Positions 45,920 through 56,507 are shown, counted from the first letter of the stretch. The stretch: DNA of 64,000 bases from Gammaproteobacteria bacterium (GCA_965221695.1 OZ244905.1:1664001-1728000), one strand, 5' to 3'. Translations and numbers: made by a program. The notes: generated by a model not told the origin, from the letters alone.

Positions 45920-48218
45920 ACCTTATCGCTGCGGTAACCCCATACGTAGGTTCGGACAGGTTGGCCAGGCAGAGGTTGGATTCCACCAGGCCCTCCAGGC
46001 TGGTCATCCCCCGGCAGTACTCTTCGCCGTTCAGGTTCTTGCCCCAGGCGGCCACCTCATAACGCTCGCCGGGGCCGAAGCGGAAGGCGGCGCGCGCGTC
46101 AAGGTTCCAGACTCCCTCCTGCTGGCTCAAGTTGGGCGCGTTGAGAAGGTCATAAGTGACCTCGTCTTTATACCACCAGTTGGTCTGCACCGAGAACACG
46201 CCGCCGCTCACGGCGAACTCTTTTCTGACCAGACCGTTGAAGGTCAGGTCCGGTGTATTCGGCAGCTTGTTGCCTTCAAATAGCCCCACTATCTCGCCCG
46301 GGTTGTCGATCTCGCCATCCAGCAGTCCGACACCCGCGATCAACAGCCAACCCCCTTCAGGCGCCCATTGCAGTTCCACTTCCCCGCCTTTCAGACTGGC
46401 TTCGGGCACGTTCAGCAAACGCGGTATCGCCACGCCGATTTCAGGATGAACCAGGGGCTGGAATGAATGCAGGTTGCTCCAGTCGTAATAGAAGATCGCG
46501 CCGTTCAGTTGCAGGGAATTATTCATCCATGAAGTTTTGGCCCCGACCTCGTAGGCCCATAGAACTTCCGGTTCCACGCTTTCCGCGGCGTTGCCGAACA
46601 AGGCTTGCAAGGCAGCCAGACTGAAACCGCCGCCCTTGAAGCCGCGGGAGATACTGCCATACAGCAGCACATCATCGCTGGCCTGCCAGTCCAGGGCAAA
46701 ACGCGCGCCCCAATCCGTTGAATCATAATCCAGAATCTCCGCGGGCAGGAGCGATAAACCCGGCAGGTTCGGAATCTCATCCAGACCGGGCAGGAAATCG
46801 TTGCTCGCTGGCGTGCAGCCCGCGCCGACACAACGCACTGAAGGATTGTTCTGGCCTTGCTTGGTTTCCTTGGTCCATCTCAAGCCGACTGTGGCTGTCA
46901 GGTTGGACTGCATATCATATTCGGCCTGACCGTAAACGGAATAGACCTCGTTATCCTGGGTAACAATGGTATTCGGCACCAGGTTGAAATCTCTCGGTCC
47001 GGCCGGGGCCAGCGGGACCGGTGGTATCCTGCGCACCGCGGTAGCGTATTCACCTTCCTCGAAGAACCAGTAAAACCCGGCAATCCAGCGCAGGTCACCT
47101 TCGTCCGCGGACTGCAGTCGCAGTTCCTGGGACCATTGTTCGTATTCCCCGTCCTGGTAAAACTGGAAACCCATGTTGGGACTGGCATCCGAATCCTCTG
47201 CGAATTCCACTTCAAATTCCTCGTAGGCCGTGACCGATATTACCGTGAACGCATCCAGGTCCCATTCCGCCCTGAACGAGGTACCCCACAAATCGACGTT
47301 CTCCTTCATTTCCAGGTTGCCGAAAGTATCTTCCCAATCCTGGTACTGGTGGTTGAAACCGGTCGAATCGACACAGTTGGGGTTGTTCTGGGGAACAAGA
47401 TCATCAGCAGGAACGGAACAGCGCTGCAACCGATTGGCGGGGTCTTGCAGCCCGACATTCTTATAGGGATCCGGGTTGCTGCGGGAAATGCCGCCGTGGA
47501 CATTGAACAGCAGGTCCAGGCTGTCGCTGGGTTGCACGCGGAATTGGCCACGCATCGCCTGACGCTGGTAATTCCCGGTATCCTTGCCCAGGGTCTGGTT
47601 GTTCCACACGCCATCCCGGATGTTGCTGGAAAACGCAATACGCGCCGCCGCGTTCTCGCCCAGCGCCACACCGCCGCCGGCCTCTATGTCGAATTGATCA
47701 TAACGTCCATAGCCGGCCTCAAGATAACCGTTCAACCCGTCATCCACGTTCGGTTTGCGGCTGATATAGTTCACCGCGCCGGCCGTGGTATTACGCCCGA
47801 ACAACGTGTTCTGGGGACCGCGCAAAACCTCTACCCGCTCCATGTCGAAGGTGTTGAAGGTCACGGCAAAAGGCGAGTTCAGAGCCACATCGTCCAGGTA
47901 CACACCCACTGCGCCGACCACGTTCAGGTGAAAGTCCGCAGTGCCCACGCCGCGGATAAAATAATTTATCTTTGAGCCGCCCTGGGGCAGAATCGCTGCA
48001 TTGGGCACGTGCAGCATGATCTCCTCAGCGCTTTGCACGCCCAGCTCATCCAGGTTGTCACCGGTGAATGCTTGTACGGAGATGGGCACATCCTGCAGGG
48101 ATTCAGCCCGTTTCTGGGCAGTTACCACGATTTCCTCGAGTTGTGCGCTGACAAGCGACGGATTAAGAATAACGACTAAAAAAACAGTTAGTGATCGTAC
48201 AATAAACTTGGCTCTCAC
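45912..48218 (-). CDS. TonB-dependent receptor
   Basis: LEEIVVTAQKR, RVEVLRGPQNTLFGRN. Confidence 0.95.
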   Translation of the reverse strand: MRAKFIVRSLTVFLVVILNPSLVSAQLEEIVVTAQKRAESLQDVPISVQAFTGDNLDELGVQSAEEIMLHVPNAAILPQGGSKINYFIRGVGTADFHLNVVGAVGVYLDDVALNSPFAVTFNTFDMERVEVLRGPQNTLFGRNTTAGAVNYISRKPNVDDGLNGYLEAGYGRYDQFDIEAGGGVALGENAAARIAFSSNIRDGVWNNQTLGKDTGNYQRQAMRGQFRVQPSDSLDLLFNVHGGISRSNPDPYKNVGLQDPANRLQRCSVPADDLVPQNNPNCVDSTGFNHQYQDWEDTFGNLEMKENVDLWGTSFRAEWDLDAFTVISVTAYEEFEVEFAEDSDASPNMGFQFYQDGEYEQWSQELRLQSADEGDLRWIAGFYWFFEEGEYATAVRRIPPVPLAPAGPRDFNLVPNTIVTQDNEVYSVYGQAEYDMQSNLTATVGLRWTKETKQGQNNPSVRCVGAGCTPASNDFLPGLDEIPNLPGLSLLPAEILDYDSTDWGARFALDWQASDDVLLYGSISRGFKGGGFSLAALQALFGNAAESVEPEVLWAYEVGAKTSWMNNSLQLNGAIFYYDWSNLHSFQPLVHPEIGVAIPRLLNVPEASLKGGEVELQWAPEGGWLLIAGVGLLDGEIDNPGEIVGLFEGNKLPNTPDLTFNGLVRKEFAVSGGVFSVQTNWWYKDEVTYDLLNAPNLSQQEGVWNLDARAAFRFGPGERYEVAAWGKNLNGEEYCRGMTSLEGLVESNLCLANLSEPTYGVTAAIRFE

Positions 48219-48282
48219 TGGCTTTTCTCCCCATTTTGCAAAGTTGTCATACTTCGGCCAAAGGCCGTGTTTTATATTTCTT

Positions 48283-48311
48283 GGAAGCTCTGACTTAATC
48301 AGAGTTTCCTT
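48283..48311. repeat. Family A short hairpin
   Basis: GGAAGCTCTGACTTAATCAGAGTTTCCTT. Confidence 0.8.
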
Positions 48312-48370
48312 CTTTTATATCAATTACGCATTGTAAACAATTTTTTACAAAAAAGTTATTTATATAAGGG

Positions 48371-49951
48371 CTAAAACAATCCGGACTTTATGTCCCGGTG
48401 CGGGTATTTCCGTATCAGGTCCATGTGTGACCCGACCAGTCTCTGAAATGGCACAACCGCCCACAGGTGGTTGTACATAGCGCCGAATTTTTCTGCCGGG
48501 TCGCGGGCGATATTGTACAGTTCATAGTTGGGCAGGCCACCTTTGGAACCGGGGATGATGTGCAGTTTGTGGTCATCCATGCGCGCCGCCTTAAGATCCT
48601 TGCCGCTGTAATGGAACAGGTAATTCCTGCGCCCGCTGCCTTCTCCATTGAGAAGCAGGGGCAACTGGTCGATACTGTCAATAACACGGTCAACGGGGAT
48701 ATGCTCCTCGGCGCCGGCAATTCTGGCCGCGGTGACAAACAGGTCGGTCACCGAGATCAGGTCCAGTGGTTGCTGTCCGGGTTCTATCATGCCGGGCCAT
48801 ACGGCAAACCCCGGCGTGCGCACGCCGCCCTCATAGACTTCTCCCTTGGCGCCGCGCAGCCAGGAATAACCGGCGTTGGGCCAGAAAGAATACATGGGGC
48901 CGTTATCACTCACCCATATGATCAGCGTATTTTCCTCAACGCCGGCTGCTTTCACCGTATCCAGCAACTGGCGGATATAGTCATCGTGCTGGGCCAGTTG
49001 CGCGGCCTGGTTGTTGCGGTAATCCTGCCCTTCACCGAATCGGTATTCCTGCGGCGAGGAGGCCATCTGCTGGGCATAGCTCGCCCAGTATACAAAGAAA
49101 GGCTGGTCCGACTTGGCCTTATCCGTGATAAATGCCTTGATTTTCATGATGGACTGCCGCTCCATTTCCACCATGGATTCAGAGGACATGGGCGCAACCT
49201 CCCGACGCCCTTTGCCCTTAATGCCTTCCAGCGCGCCCAGTATTTCGATGCCGTACTTGTCCCGATAGTCCTCAAAGGAGCCGGGAAAGTCATAAAAGTG
49301 ACCAACGCCGTCAACGGTTTGCGCCTGGTAGAACGCGTCCTGGTTGACCCAGGAATAGATGGCGCCGTTGTAAAGGCCATAATAAGCATAATCAAAGCCC
49401 TGGTTCTCCGGAGCGTGCCGCTCCAGGTCGCCCACATGCCACTTGCCAAACATCGCGGTATGATAACCTGCCGCAGACAGCATCTCGGCGACCGTCAATT
49501 CCTCCGGCGCCAGTCCTTGCGTCTGTCCTGGCCAGAGCACAATATCCACGCCAGTCCGCACCGGATGACGCCCGGTCAGCAACGCCAGCCGCGTAGGCGT
49601 GCAGGACGGCTCAGCGTAATGGGACAGAAACTGCATCCCCTGCTGCGCCAGGCCATCCAGGTTGGGGGTGGGCGTGCCGCGCAGCTTGCCGCCCAGGTAT
49701 GAACCCAGTTCGCCCCAGCCCACGTCATCGCCGAGCACGTAAATAATATTAGGCTTTTTTCCGAAACGCTGTTCGAGTTGCGCCAGTTTTTCATCAATGG
49801 CTCGGTTTTCCTGTTGCCATGCTTCGGCATTTTCCTGCATGGCTTTTTGGAATGGCGCGTCGGGTTGATATGCGTTGCTCTGGCTTGCGATCAGTAGCAT
49901 CGACAATAATACGGACAGTTTTAAGATGTCCGGTTTAATGAACGTATACAT
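48371..49951 (-). CDS. Arylsulfatase (Cys-type)
   Basis: KPNIIYVLGDDVG, CTPTRLALLTGR, GKWHVG, SDNG, KGEVYEGGVR. Confidence 0.95.
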   Translation of the reverse strand: MYTFIKPDILKLSVLLSMLLIASQSNAYQPDAPFQKAMQENAEAWQQENRAIDEKLAQLEQRFGKKPNIIYVLGDDVGWGELGSYLGGKLRGTPTPNLDGLAQQGMQFLSHYAEPSCTPTRLALLTGRHPVRTGVDIVLWPGQTQGLAPEELTVAEMLSAAGYHTAMFGKWHVGDLERHAPENQGFDYAYYGLYNGAIYSWVNQDAFYQAQTVDGVGHFYDFPGSFEDYRDKYGIEILGALEGIKGKGRREVAPMSSESMVEMERQSIMKIKAFITDKAKSDQPFFVYWASYAQQMASSPQEYRFGEGQDYRNNQAAQLAQHDDYIRQLLDTVKAAGVEENTLIIWVSDNGPMYSFWPNAGYSWLRGAKGEVYEGGVRTPGFAVWPGMIEPGQQPLDLISVTDLFVTAARIAGAEEHIPVDRVIDSIDQLPLLLNGEGSGRRNYLFHYSGKDLKAARMDDHKLHIIPGSKGGLPNYELYNIARDPAEKFGAMYNHLWAVVPFQRLVGSHMDLIRKYPHRDIKSGLF

Positions 49952-49995
49952 GATTCTCCCCTGGAAATATTTGCCGCAGTTTATAATAATACTCG

Positions 49996-50742
49996 GTGGT
50001 CAGCGTCTATTTTAATCACGTTGGAGCACAAACGGAGGAATTTTATCTCATGTCTATCGCTCATTTTCTTATCTTCAGCGCCAACAAGCCGGCAGCAACT
50101 GGCAAAGACGGGGAATTTCCCGAACAGGAAATAGCCGGGCTGGCAACTATTCCCGGGGTAGAACGTATTGATCGTTATGAACCCACGGAGTTTGCGGACG
50201 ACCCATATAAGGACGACCGCCAGGAGCAGGTTCTCACCATACAGACCGTTTACCGCGATATTGCCGCGCTTGAACAAGGCTTGGCTGCGCCAGCATTCCA
50301 GGATCTGGTGAAAACCGTCGCCGGCAAAGCAACGCACAGATTAAGCCACGAGGCCATGGAGATGCTGTTTTATCCGGTTGCGGATGAGAGTGAAGCGCGA
50401 GAATTGCGCGCGCCGGTCTCTTATGTGGTGCGCTACCATTATCCGGCTAATGACGTAAATCATTTCATCGATTATTACGTCAACCATCATCCTCAAGTGG
50501 AAAGAGGGTTTCCGGCAATCGCCAATATCATGTGCTACCTGCCGATAAAATGGCGCGACCCCACCGACCTGCCCGGCTTGGGATACATGCTTGGCAACGA
50601 GGTGGTGTTCGAATCTGTGGAGGATTTGAGCAATGCTTTGAAGTCACCTGTGATGGTCGATATGGCAGCAGATTTCGATCTGTTCCCGACCTTTCATGGA
50701 CACAGCACCCATTACCCTATGCGCCGGACGCGTATCGGTTAG
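49996..50742 (+). CDS. EthD-family protein with two dimeric alpha/beta-barrel domains (start probably 50050)
   Basis: FIDYYVNHHP, PGV, EVVFES.EDL..AL.SP...D...F pattern occurring twice. Confidence 0.7.
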   Translation: MVSVYFNHVGAQTEEFYLMSIAHFLIFSANKPAATGKDGEFPEQEIAGLATIPGVERIDRYEPTEFADDPYKDDRQEQVLTIQTVYRDIAALEQGLAAPAFQDLVKTVAGKATHRLSHEAMEMLFYPVADESEARELRAPVSYVVRYHYPANDVNHFIDYYVNHHPQVERGFPAIANIMCYLPIKWRDPTDLPGLGYMLGNEVVFESVEDLSNALKSPVMVDMAADFDLFPTFHGHSTHYPMRRTRIG

Positions 50743-50755
50743 CCCGAATTTCTCT

Positions 50756-50892
50756 AAACTCTGATGAGCTGTTCTCCGCACACTCCCGATTGCATGTAAC
50801 TGTTGATATCAGCCAAGTCATGCCTGCATACCACTCCCGTGCAAACGGGAGTCCAGCCAAATACGTGCCGCCTGAAAGGCGACACTTTAATT
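50756..50892 (-). repeat. REP/RPE-like element, family B copy 2 (inverted, first arm missing)
   Basis: Reverse complement reads GTCGCCTTTCAGGCGGC...CTGGACTCCCGTTTGCACGGGAGTGGTA...CAACAGTTACATGCAATCG. Confidence 0.8.
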
Positions 50893-50902
50893 GGCGAATA
50901 GC

Positions 50903-50935
50903 TCAAGAAGCTCTGACTTAATCAGAGCTTCTTGA
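50903..50935. repeat. Family A short hairpin (possible bidirectional terminator downstream of metK)
   Basis: TCAAGAAGCTCTGACTTAATCAGAGCTTCTTGA. Confidence 0.85.
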
Positions 50936-50967
50936 ACTTGAACGCGGTCTTGTCTGAGACTGGAGTA

Positions 50968-52125
50968 TCAAGCGGCAGCATCTTTCAGTTGTTCCACCTT
51001 GTCTGTTGTCTCCCAGGTGAAATCCGGTTCCTCGCGACCGAAATGGCCGTAGGCCGCGGTCCGCTTGTAGATGGGTTTTAACAAGTCCAGTTCCCGGATG
51101 ATAGCCTTGGGGCGCAAGTCGAAGGTATCCCGTACCAAGGCTTCGAGTCGGGTTTCCGGCAAGACGCCCGTGCCAAAGGTGTTGACCATCAGGCTCACCG
51201 GCCTGGCGACACCGATGGCATAGGCGATTTGTATCTCGCATTTGTCAGCCAGGCCGGCAGCGACGATGTGCTTGGCAACATAGCGCGCCGCGTACGCAGC
51301 GGAGCGATCAACCTTAGACGGATCTTTGCCAGAAAACGCCCCGCCACCATGGTGCGCGACGCCGCCGTAGGTATCAACGATGATCTTTCTGCCGGTAAGG
51401 CCGGTATCGCCTACCGGGCCGCCAATGACAAAGCGGCCGGTGGGATTGACCAGATAACGGGTTTTAGCGGAAAGCGTCCCGGCGGGTAGCGCCGGTTTGA
51501 TGATCTCCTCGATTACCGCTTCGGTCACATCATCATGGCCGATATCGGCGTCATGCTGGGTCGAGAGAATCACCGTATCTACCGCGACCGGCTTGCCGTC
51601 CTCATACTGGACGCTGACCTGTGACTTCGCGTCGGGCCTAAGCCAGGGCAACCGTCCTGATTTCCTGAGTTCAGCCTGTTTTTCCACCAGACGGTGCGCG
51701 TAGGTAATAGGAAACGGCATCAGCACATCCGTTTCATTACAGGCGTAGCCAAACATGAGGCCCTGGTCGCCGGCGCCCTGGTCCAGGTCGATCCCCTCTC
51801 CTTCATTCACACCCTGGGCGATATCCTGGGATTGTTTGTCCAATGACAAGATCACCGAACAACCGTTGGCGTCAAAGCCCATCTCCGAAGATGTATAACC
51901 GATATCCCGGATGGTCTGCCTGACCACTTCAGGGTAGTCGATGTTTACCTGCGAGGAAATCTCGCCAGACAACATTACCATGCCTGTTGTGACCAGGGTT
52001 TCACAGGCCACCCGCGCATCGGGGTCAAGCAGCAGCAATGCATCAAGAATCGCATCGGATATCTGGTCGGCGACCTTGTCAGGATGGCCTTCCGAAACGG
52101 ATTCAGAGGTAAACAAGTAACTCAT
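50968..52125 (-). CDS. metK: S-adenosylmethionine synthase
   Basis: [43 protein letters not shown]. Confidence 0.98.
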   Translation of the reverse strand: MSYLFTSESVSEGHPDKVADQISDAILDALLLLDPDARVACETLVTTGMVMLSGEISSQVNIDYPEVVRQTIRDIGYTSSEMGFDANGCSVILSLDKQSQDIAQGVNEGEGIDLDQGAGDQGLMFGYACNETDVLMPFPITYAHRLVEKQAELRKSGRLPWLRPDAKSQVSVQYEDGKPVAVDTVILSTQHDADIGHDDVTEAVIEEIIKPALPAGTLSAKTRYLVNPTGRFVIGGPVGDTGLTGRKIIVDTYGGVAHHGGGAFSGKDPSKVDRSAAYAARYVAKHIVAAGLADKCEIQIAYAIGVARPVSLMVNTFGTGVLPETRLEALVRDTFDLRPKAIIRELDLLKPIYKRTAAYGHFGREEPDFTWETTDKVEQLKDAAA

Positions 52126-52209
52126 AATCGGACCTCAAGGTTGGTTAAACAGGCATTCTAACTAGTTCTAAGGTAATTTTACAGCCCCCGAATTCTCCGC
52201 TCCTGGATG

Positions 52210-55200
52210 TTACCTGTATCCCATAAACGTCTTATACAACAAGGGGATGACGAACAGGGTCAGGAGAGTGGAAAACACCAACCCCCACACAATCGCGGTG
52301 GCCACAGGCCCCCAGATCAACGATTCGCCAGCCAGGCCGGTCGCGAGCGAGAACAGCCCCGCCACCGTGGTGGCGGAAGTAATAACTATAGGCACGACCC
52401 GGCGCCGGGCGGCATATACCGTGGCATGCAGCAGGCTCATACCACTCTCCAAGCGGGCGTTTGCCGCGGAGATCAGGACAATGGCAGCGTTGACTGAAAT
52501 CCCTGTCAATGCCACCACACCATACAGGGTAAACAGGCTCAGGGGATTCCCGGTCACCAACAGACCCAGAGTCACACCGGTGAATGTCAGCGGGACGGTC
52601 ACCAACACCATGAAGGGCTGAAAATAACTTCGGAACTGCGTCCCCAGGATGATATAGATAATACCTACGCCGAGGAGCAGCAACATCCAGATTGCCTCCA
52701 GACTTTCATCAATGTCGTCAAGTTCGCCGGTCTGGTCCAGTACCAACTCGGGATACCGGGTCTGCAAACCGCGCCATTTTTCCGTAATGAGACGATTGGC
52801 CTGCAAGGTGTCAATCCGGTCTTTATCGATGTCGGCTTCCAACGTGATGGCCCGGCGGAAGTTATAGTGCCGAATATTTTGCCGGCCGATTCCCGGCTCG
52901 CTGAGCAGCAGTTCGCCCAGGGCGATGGAACGGCCATCGGGCAGGGATATAGTCTGACGCATTAGATTGTCCGTATTAATATGCCGGTCTTTCTTTGCCA
53001 ACACTCGAACTTTTACTTCTTCGCCTTCGTCCTGGAAGTCAGTCACAATCTCACCATCCACAAAAGCCTGCAACGCGCGTCCTATCGTAACCGGATTCAA
53101 GCCTGTCCTTTGTATCGCCTCGCCATCCAGGCGCAGAACCAGTTCCGGGTTGCCTGGACGATAATCCAGCGTGATATTCCGATATATTTGTTGCTCTTCA
53201 AGAAACGCTCGCAGGTCATTGACGGCCCGCAACATGGTCGGGTAGTCGCTACCCAGCACCTTGGCGCTAATGGCCTTACGCGCCGGCGGTCCCCCCTTTA
53301 TTTCCAGAATGGAGACTTCTATGGGGCCCGGCATGTTTCTCACGCGCAGTAATACCGCAGCGGAAACTTCCGAAACATGACGGCCATCACTGGCCTGCGG
53401 ATTCAGGCTGAACATGACCTGACCCACGGCGTCACCGAATAACGGCGATGTCTCGGTAAACTGCTGTCCCGCAAAACTGACCGAGGCGCGCAACTCGCCC
53501 GGAAGAAATTCCATCAGGGCCTGTTCCTCTGCGGCTCGCAATGCCCTGCTGGTATCTTCCAGGGAGGTTCCCTGAGGCATCTCGAGATTTACGTAAAATA
53601 TGCGTTCGGCATCAGACTCAAAGAAATTGAAACGAATCAGGCCGCTGGCCAAGGTGCCCGCGGCGAGAGAAAGGGTCAGCAAAATGCAAATCAGGGTAAT
53701 AATCGGGTGGCGTAGGGACCTGAGCAGCGCTTGAGTATAACGCAAGCGCAACCAGAAGCTGATCGTTTCCCTTTTCCTGCTTATGAAGCCAGGTTTTTTA
53801 AAGTTGACTTTAAAAGCCAACACATGGGCCGGCAGAATCCAATAGGCTTCAAACAGGCTAACGAGCAGGGCAATGGTTACTACCAGCGGGATGACCTTCA
53901 TGAACTCTCCAAGAATACCGGGCAGCAACACAAGCGGCAAAAAGGCGGCGATAGTGGTCATGACCGAGGTGGTAACCGGGGCAAACACCTCCCGAAACGA
54001 AGCAATAATGGCAGACATGGTCTCGGTCCCACGTTGCAAGCGGTAGTACACGGCCTCGACAACGACCACGGCATCGTCGACGATCATGCCCAGGACGATG
54101 ACCACGGCAAGCAACACGGTATTATTCAGGGTGAAACCCGTGGCGTTGAGGACCAAAAAAGTACCGGACAGGGTAAACGGGATGCCGATGGTGGTCAGGA
54201 AGGAGATCCGGGTCCCCAGAAAAAGCCATGTGACCAGCAACACCAGGAACAGGCCTATCAGCGCGTTGGTCTGCATGATTGTCAGGGCCTCACGGGTGCT
54301 CACGGTCTGGTCGTCCACCAGGACCAGTTCGGCGCCGGTTGCGTCTTTGAAGCGGTTGCGCTCGTCGATATACTGGTTGACGATATCCACCAGCTCCAGC
54401 ACGTTGGCATCCGGATTTTTTGTGACCGCGAGCAGGGTGGCGGGTTTGCCTTCATAAGTGACAATCTGTGCTGCCTCTTCCCGGGCGCGGGCCAATTCCG
54501 CAATGGACCCAAGCGGCACTATGCCGGCAGCGGTAACGATGGGAAAATCCTTCAGGGTCGAAGGGTCGGGGCTGGTGCCCTGCAGACGAACTACCCACTT
54601 GCCGTCAGAGGTCTCCAGGTCGCCAGCGGATATGTCCCGGAAATAAGCCCGAATGGTCTCGGAAATATCCGCCGGGGTCAATCCCAGTCCCTCCAGACGG
54701 TCGGGGAAAAATGCAACCTGCAACTCCGGGTCGGTAATGCCGATATCTTCCACCCGGTCCACGCCTTTGATCCGCTCCAGGTCTTTCTTCACAAAACGGG
54801 TCTGGCGCCTGAGGTTTTCATCATCGCCGGCGCTGGTCACCACCACCATAGCGCTGGGGAACGCATTGGAAGTGCTGATTTCATAGACTACCGGGTCTTC
54901 CACATCTTCCGGCAATTCGTCGCTGTAGGTGTTCTGCACCTCCCGCCGCAGATCGATCATCCGTTTGTCAAACACTTCCTGCTCGATCTGCTGGAAGCGC
55001 ACCAGGATAGTGGAAATATTATCCCTGCTGGTACTATTGACGAACTTGATATCCCTGACACTGCGTCGCAGGGAATCTTCAAGGGGCTCGGTCACGCGTT
55101 TTTCGACATCTATGGCGGCGGCGCCAGGGAAAACGGTAACGATGTTGACCCAGTTGAAGTTGAGTTCCGGGTCCTTGGCCCTGGGCATTTCCAGGTAGGC

Positions 55201-55281
55201 AAGGATCCCAAGCATGATGACCAGACCGAAAGTCAGGTTTGCCAATACATGGTTGGATAAAAACCGCTTGATAAAATTCAT
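52210..55281 (-). CDS. RND efflux permease (AcrB/AcrD/AcrF family)
   Basis: 12-TM two-lobed layout; GMIVDDAVVVVE, QFRSY.QP, RRRVVPIVITS.TT. Confidence 0.93.
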   Translation of the reverse strand: MNFIKRFLSNHVLANLTFGLVIMLGILAYLEMPRAKDPELNFNWVNIVTVFPGAAAIDVEKRVTEPLEDSLRRSVRDIKFVNSTSRDNISTILVRFQQIEQEVFDKRMIDLRREVQNTYSDELPEDVEDPVVYEISTSNAFPSAMVVVTSAGDDENLRRQTRFVKKDLERIKGVDRVEDIGITDPELQVAFFPDRLEGLGLTPADISETIRAYFRDISAGDLETSDGKWVVRLQGTSPDPSTLKDFPIVTAAGIVPLGSIAELARAREEAAQIVTYEGKPATLLAVTKNPDANVLELVDIVNQYIDERNRFKDATGAELVLVDDQTVSTREALTIMQTNALIGLFLVLLVTWLFLGTRISFLTTIGIPFTLSGTFLVLNATGFTLNNTVLLAVVIVLGMIVDDAVVVVEAVYYRLQRGTETMSAIIASFREVFAPVTTSVMTTIAAFLPLVLLPGILGEFMKVIPLVVTIALLVSLFEAYWILPAHVLAFKVNFKKPGFISRKRETISFWLRLRYTQALLRSLRHPIITLICILLTLSLAAGTLASGLIRFNFFESDAERIFYVNLEMPQGTSLEDTSRALRAAEEQALMEFLPGELRASVSFAGQQFTETSPLFGDAVGQVMFSLNPQASDGRHVSEVSAAVLLRVRNMPGPIEVSILEIKGGPPARKAISAKVLGSDYPTMLRAVNDLRAFLEEQQIYRNITLDYRPGNPELVLRLDGEAIQRTGLNPVTIGRALQAFVDGEIVTDFQDEGEEVKVRVLAKKDRHINTDNLMRQTISLPDGRSIALGELLLSEPGIGRQNIRHYNFRRAITLEADIDKDRIDTLQANRLITEKWRGLQTRYPELVLDQTGELDDIDESLEAIWMLLLLGVGIIYIILGTQFRSYFQPFMVLVTVPLTFTGVTLGLLVTGNPLSLFTLYGVVALTGISVNAAIVLISAANARLESGMSLLHATVYAARRRVVPIVITSATTVAGLFSLATGLAGESLIWGPVATAIVWGLVFSTLLTLFVIPLLYKTFMGYR

Positions 55282-55310
55282 GGTGACGGTCGCCGGGAAT
55301 CGAGCCCCTG

Positions 55311-56507
55311 TCAGCGCGGGTCATACAGGACGACCGCTTGACCGTCCTCTAACCGGTATTGACCTTCCGTGATCACGACCGTATCCAAGGACAGGTCTAC
55401 CGGCGTTGCCCGGCCTTGCTGCGCGCCGGGAATGGCATAAAATCTGGCTTTGCCGCTGACAATGATGAAGATACCGAAATCATTACCGCGCCGTACCAGC
55501 AGCTTGGCGGACACGTGGGGCTGGCTGTCCTGCCAGACGAGTTTGCCTGCGGCGCCGGGCAGAGCCGACCCGTTGCTGAACAGCAGTCTCACTTCCCGGT
55601 TGCGGGTTTGTGTATTGACTACCGGCGTTAGCGTGCGCAGCGTCAGCGCATAGCGGTTTGTTGTATCCTCGAAATAGAGCGCTTCGGCCGCTTCGACTGT
55701 CTTAATGTCAAGAGTCGGAACCTGGGCTGAAATTTCAAGTTGTTCGATATCCAGTATTTCCACCAGCCTCGTTCCCATATCGGCGAATTCCCCAACTGCA
55801 GCCAGGCGGTCGGTGACGACAGCCCGGTATGGACTTGTAATGACGCAACGGGAGATATTGATTTGCGCATTTTCCAATTGTGTCATGGCGCCCTGACGCT
55901 GCGCGCGCAGCGTCGCCAGATCAGCTTCGCGCTGATCCAGCAACTCTTCCGACACAGTCTGCTTCTGTTCCAGCTTTCTGGTTCGTTCCAGCCGCCGTTC
56001 AGCCAGTCGGATACGGGCATCCAACGCGGCAATATCCGCTTGCACAAGCTGTTGCGCGATGTGGTAATCAGTACAATCCAGCTTGACCAGCACACTGCCA
56101 GGCTCGACAATTTCGCCCACCTTCACGGCGACCTCGTCGACGCGCGCTTTGATTTGCGCAGCGACAGAGGTGTTGTTCAAGCTGACCACTGTTGCCGGCG
56201 CGGATTTCCAGAGATAGAGCGCGAGATCTTTGACGCGCGCGGTCTTCACCGCGATGGCGTCCTGCCCACTTGAGAGTAGCGGAAAAATGAAAAGCAGTAA
56301 TGTCAGGATCGTTTGCCGTGTTAATTTTACTAACTGAGCTGTGTCCCATACCATTCCGATGCAAGCAGGAAGCCAGTGGAACAACGGGGCGCCCTGCGGG
56401 CGACAAAGTATTCGACTGGACTCCCGCTGTTGCGGGAGTGGCACAGGGGAATGTCCTGACCTATGCCAACAGTTACATGCAATCGAGGTGTGCAGAAACC
56501 TGATCAT
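55311..56507 (-). CDS. RND periplasmic adaptor (true start uncertain, likely ~56354)
   Basis: Lipoyl motifs (VKVGEIVEPGSVLVKLD; ITSPYRAVV) and coiled hairpin; the first ~50 aa are encoded by repeat family B. Confidence 0.85.
   Translation of the reverse strand: MIRFLHTSIACNCWHRSGHSPVPLPQQRESSRILCRPQGAPLFHWLPACIGMVWDTAQLVKLTRQTILTLLLFIFPLLSSGQDAIAVKTARVKDLALYLWKSAPATVVSLNNTSVAAQIKARVDEVAVKVGEIVEPGSVLVKLDCTDYHIAQQLVQADIAALDARIRLAERRLERTRKLEQKQTVSEELLDQREADLATLRAQRQGAMTQLENAQINISRCVITSPYRAVVTDRLAAVGEFADMGTRLVEILDIEQLEISAQVPTLDIKTVEAAEALYFEDTTNRYALTLRTLTPVVNTQTRNREVRLLFSNGSALPGAAGKLVWQDSQPHVSAKLLVRRGNDFGIFIIVSGKARFYAIPGAQQGRATPVDLSLDTVVITEGQYRLEDGQAVVLYDPR

Noticed and set aside
53731-55260. 509-aa plus-strand ORF (likewise 46857..47975, 48467..49702 and 32391..33182)
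   Set aside because: Antisense to well-supported genes; expected from codon bias in GC-rich DNA.
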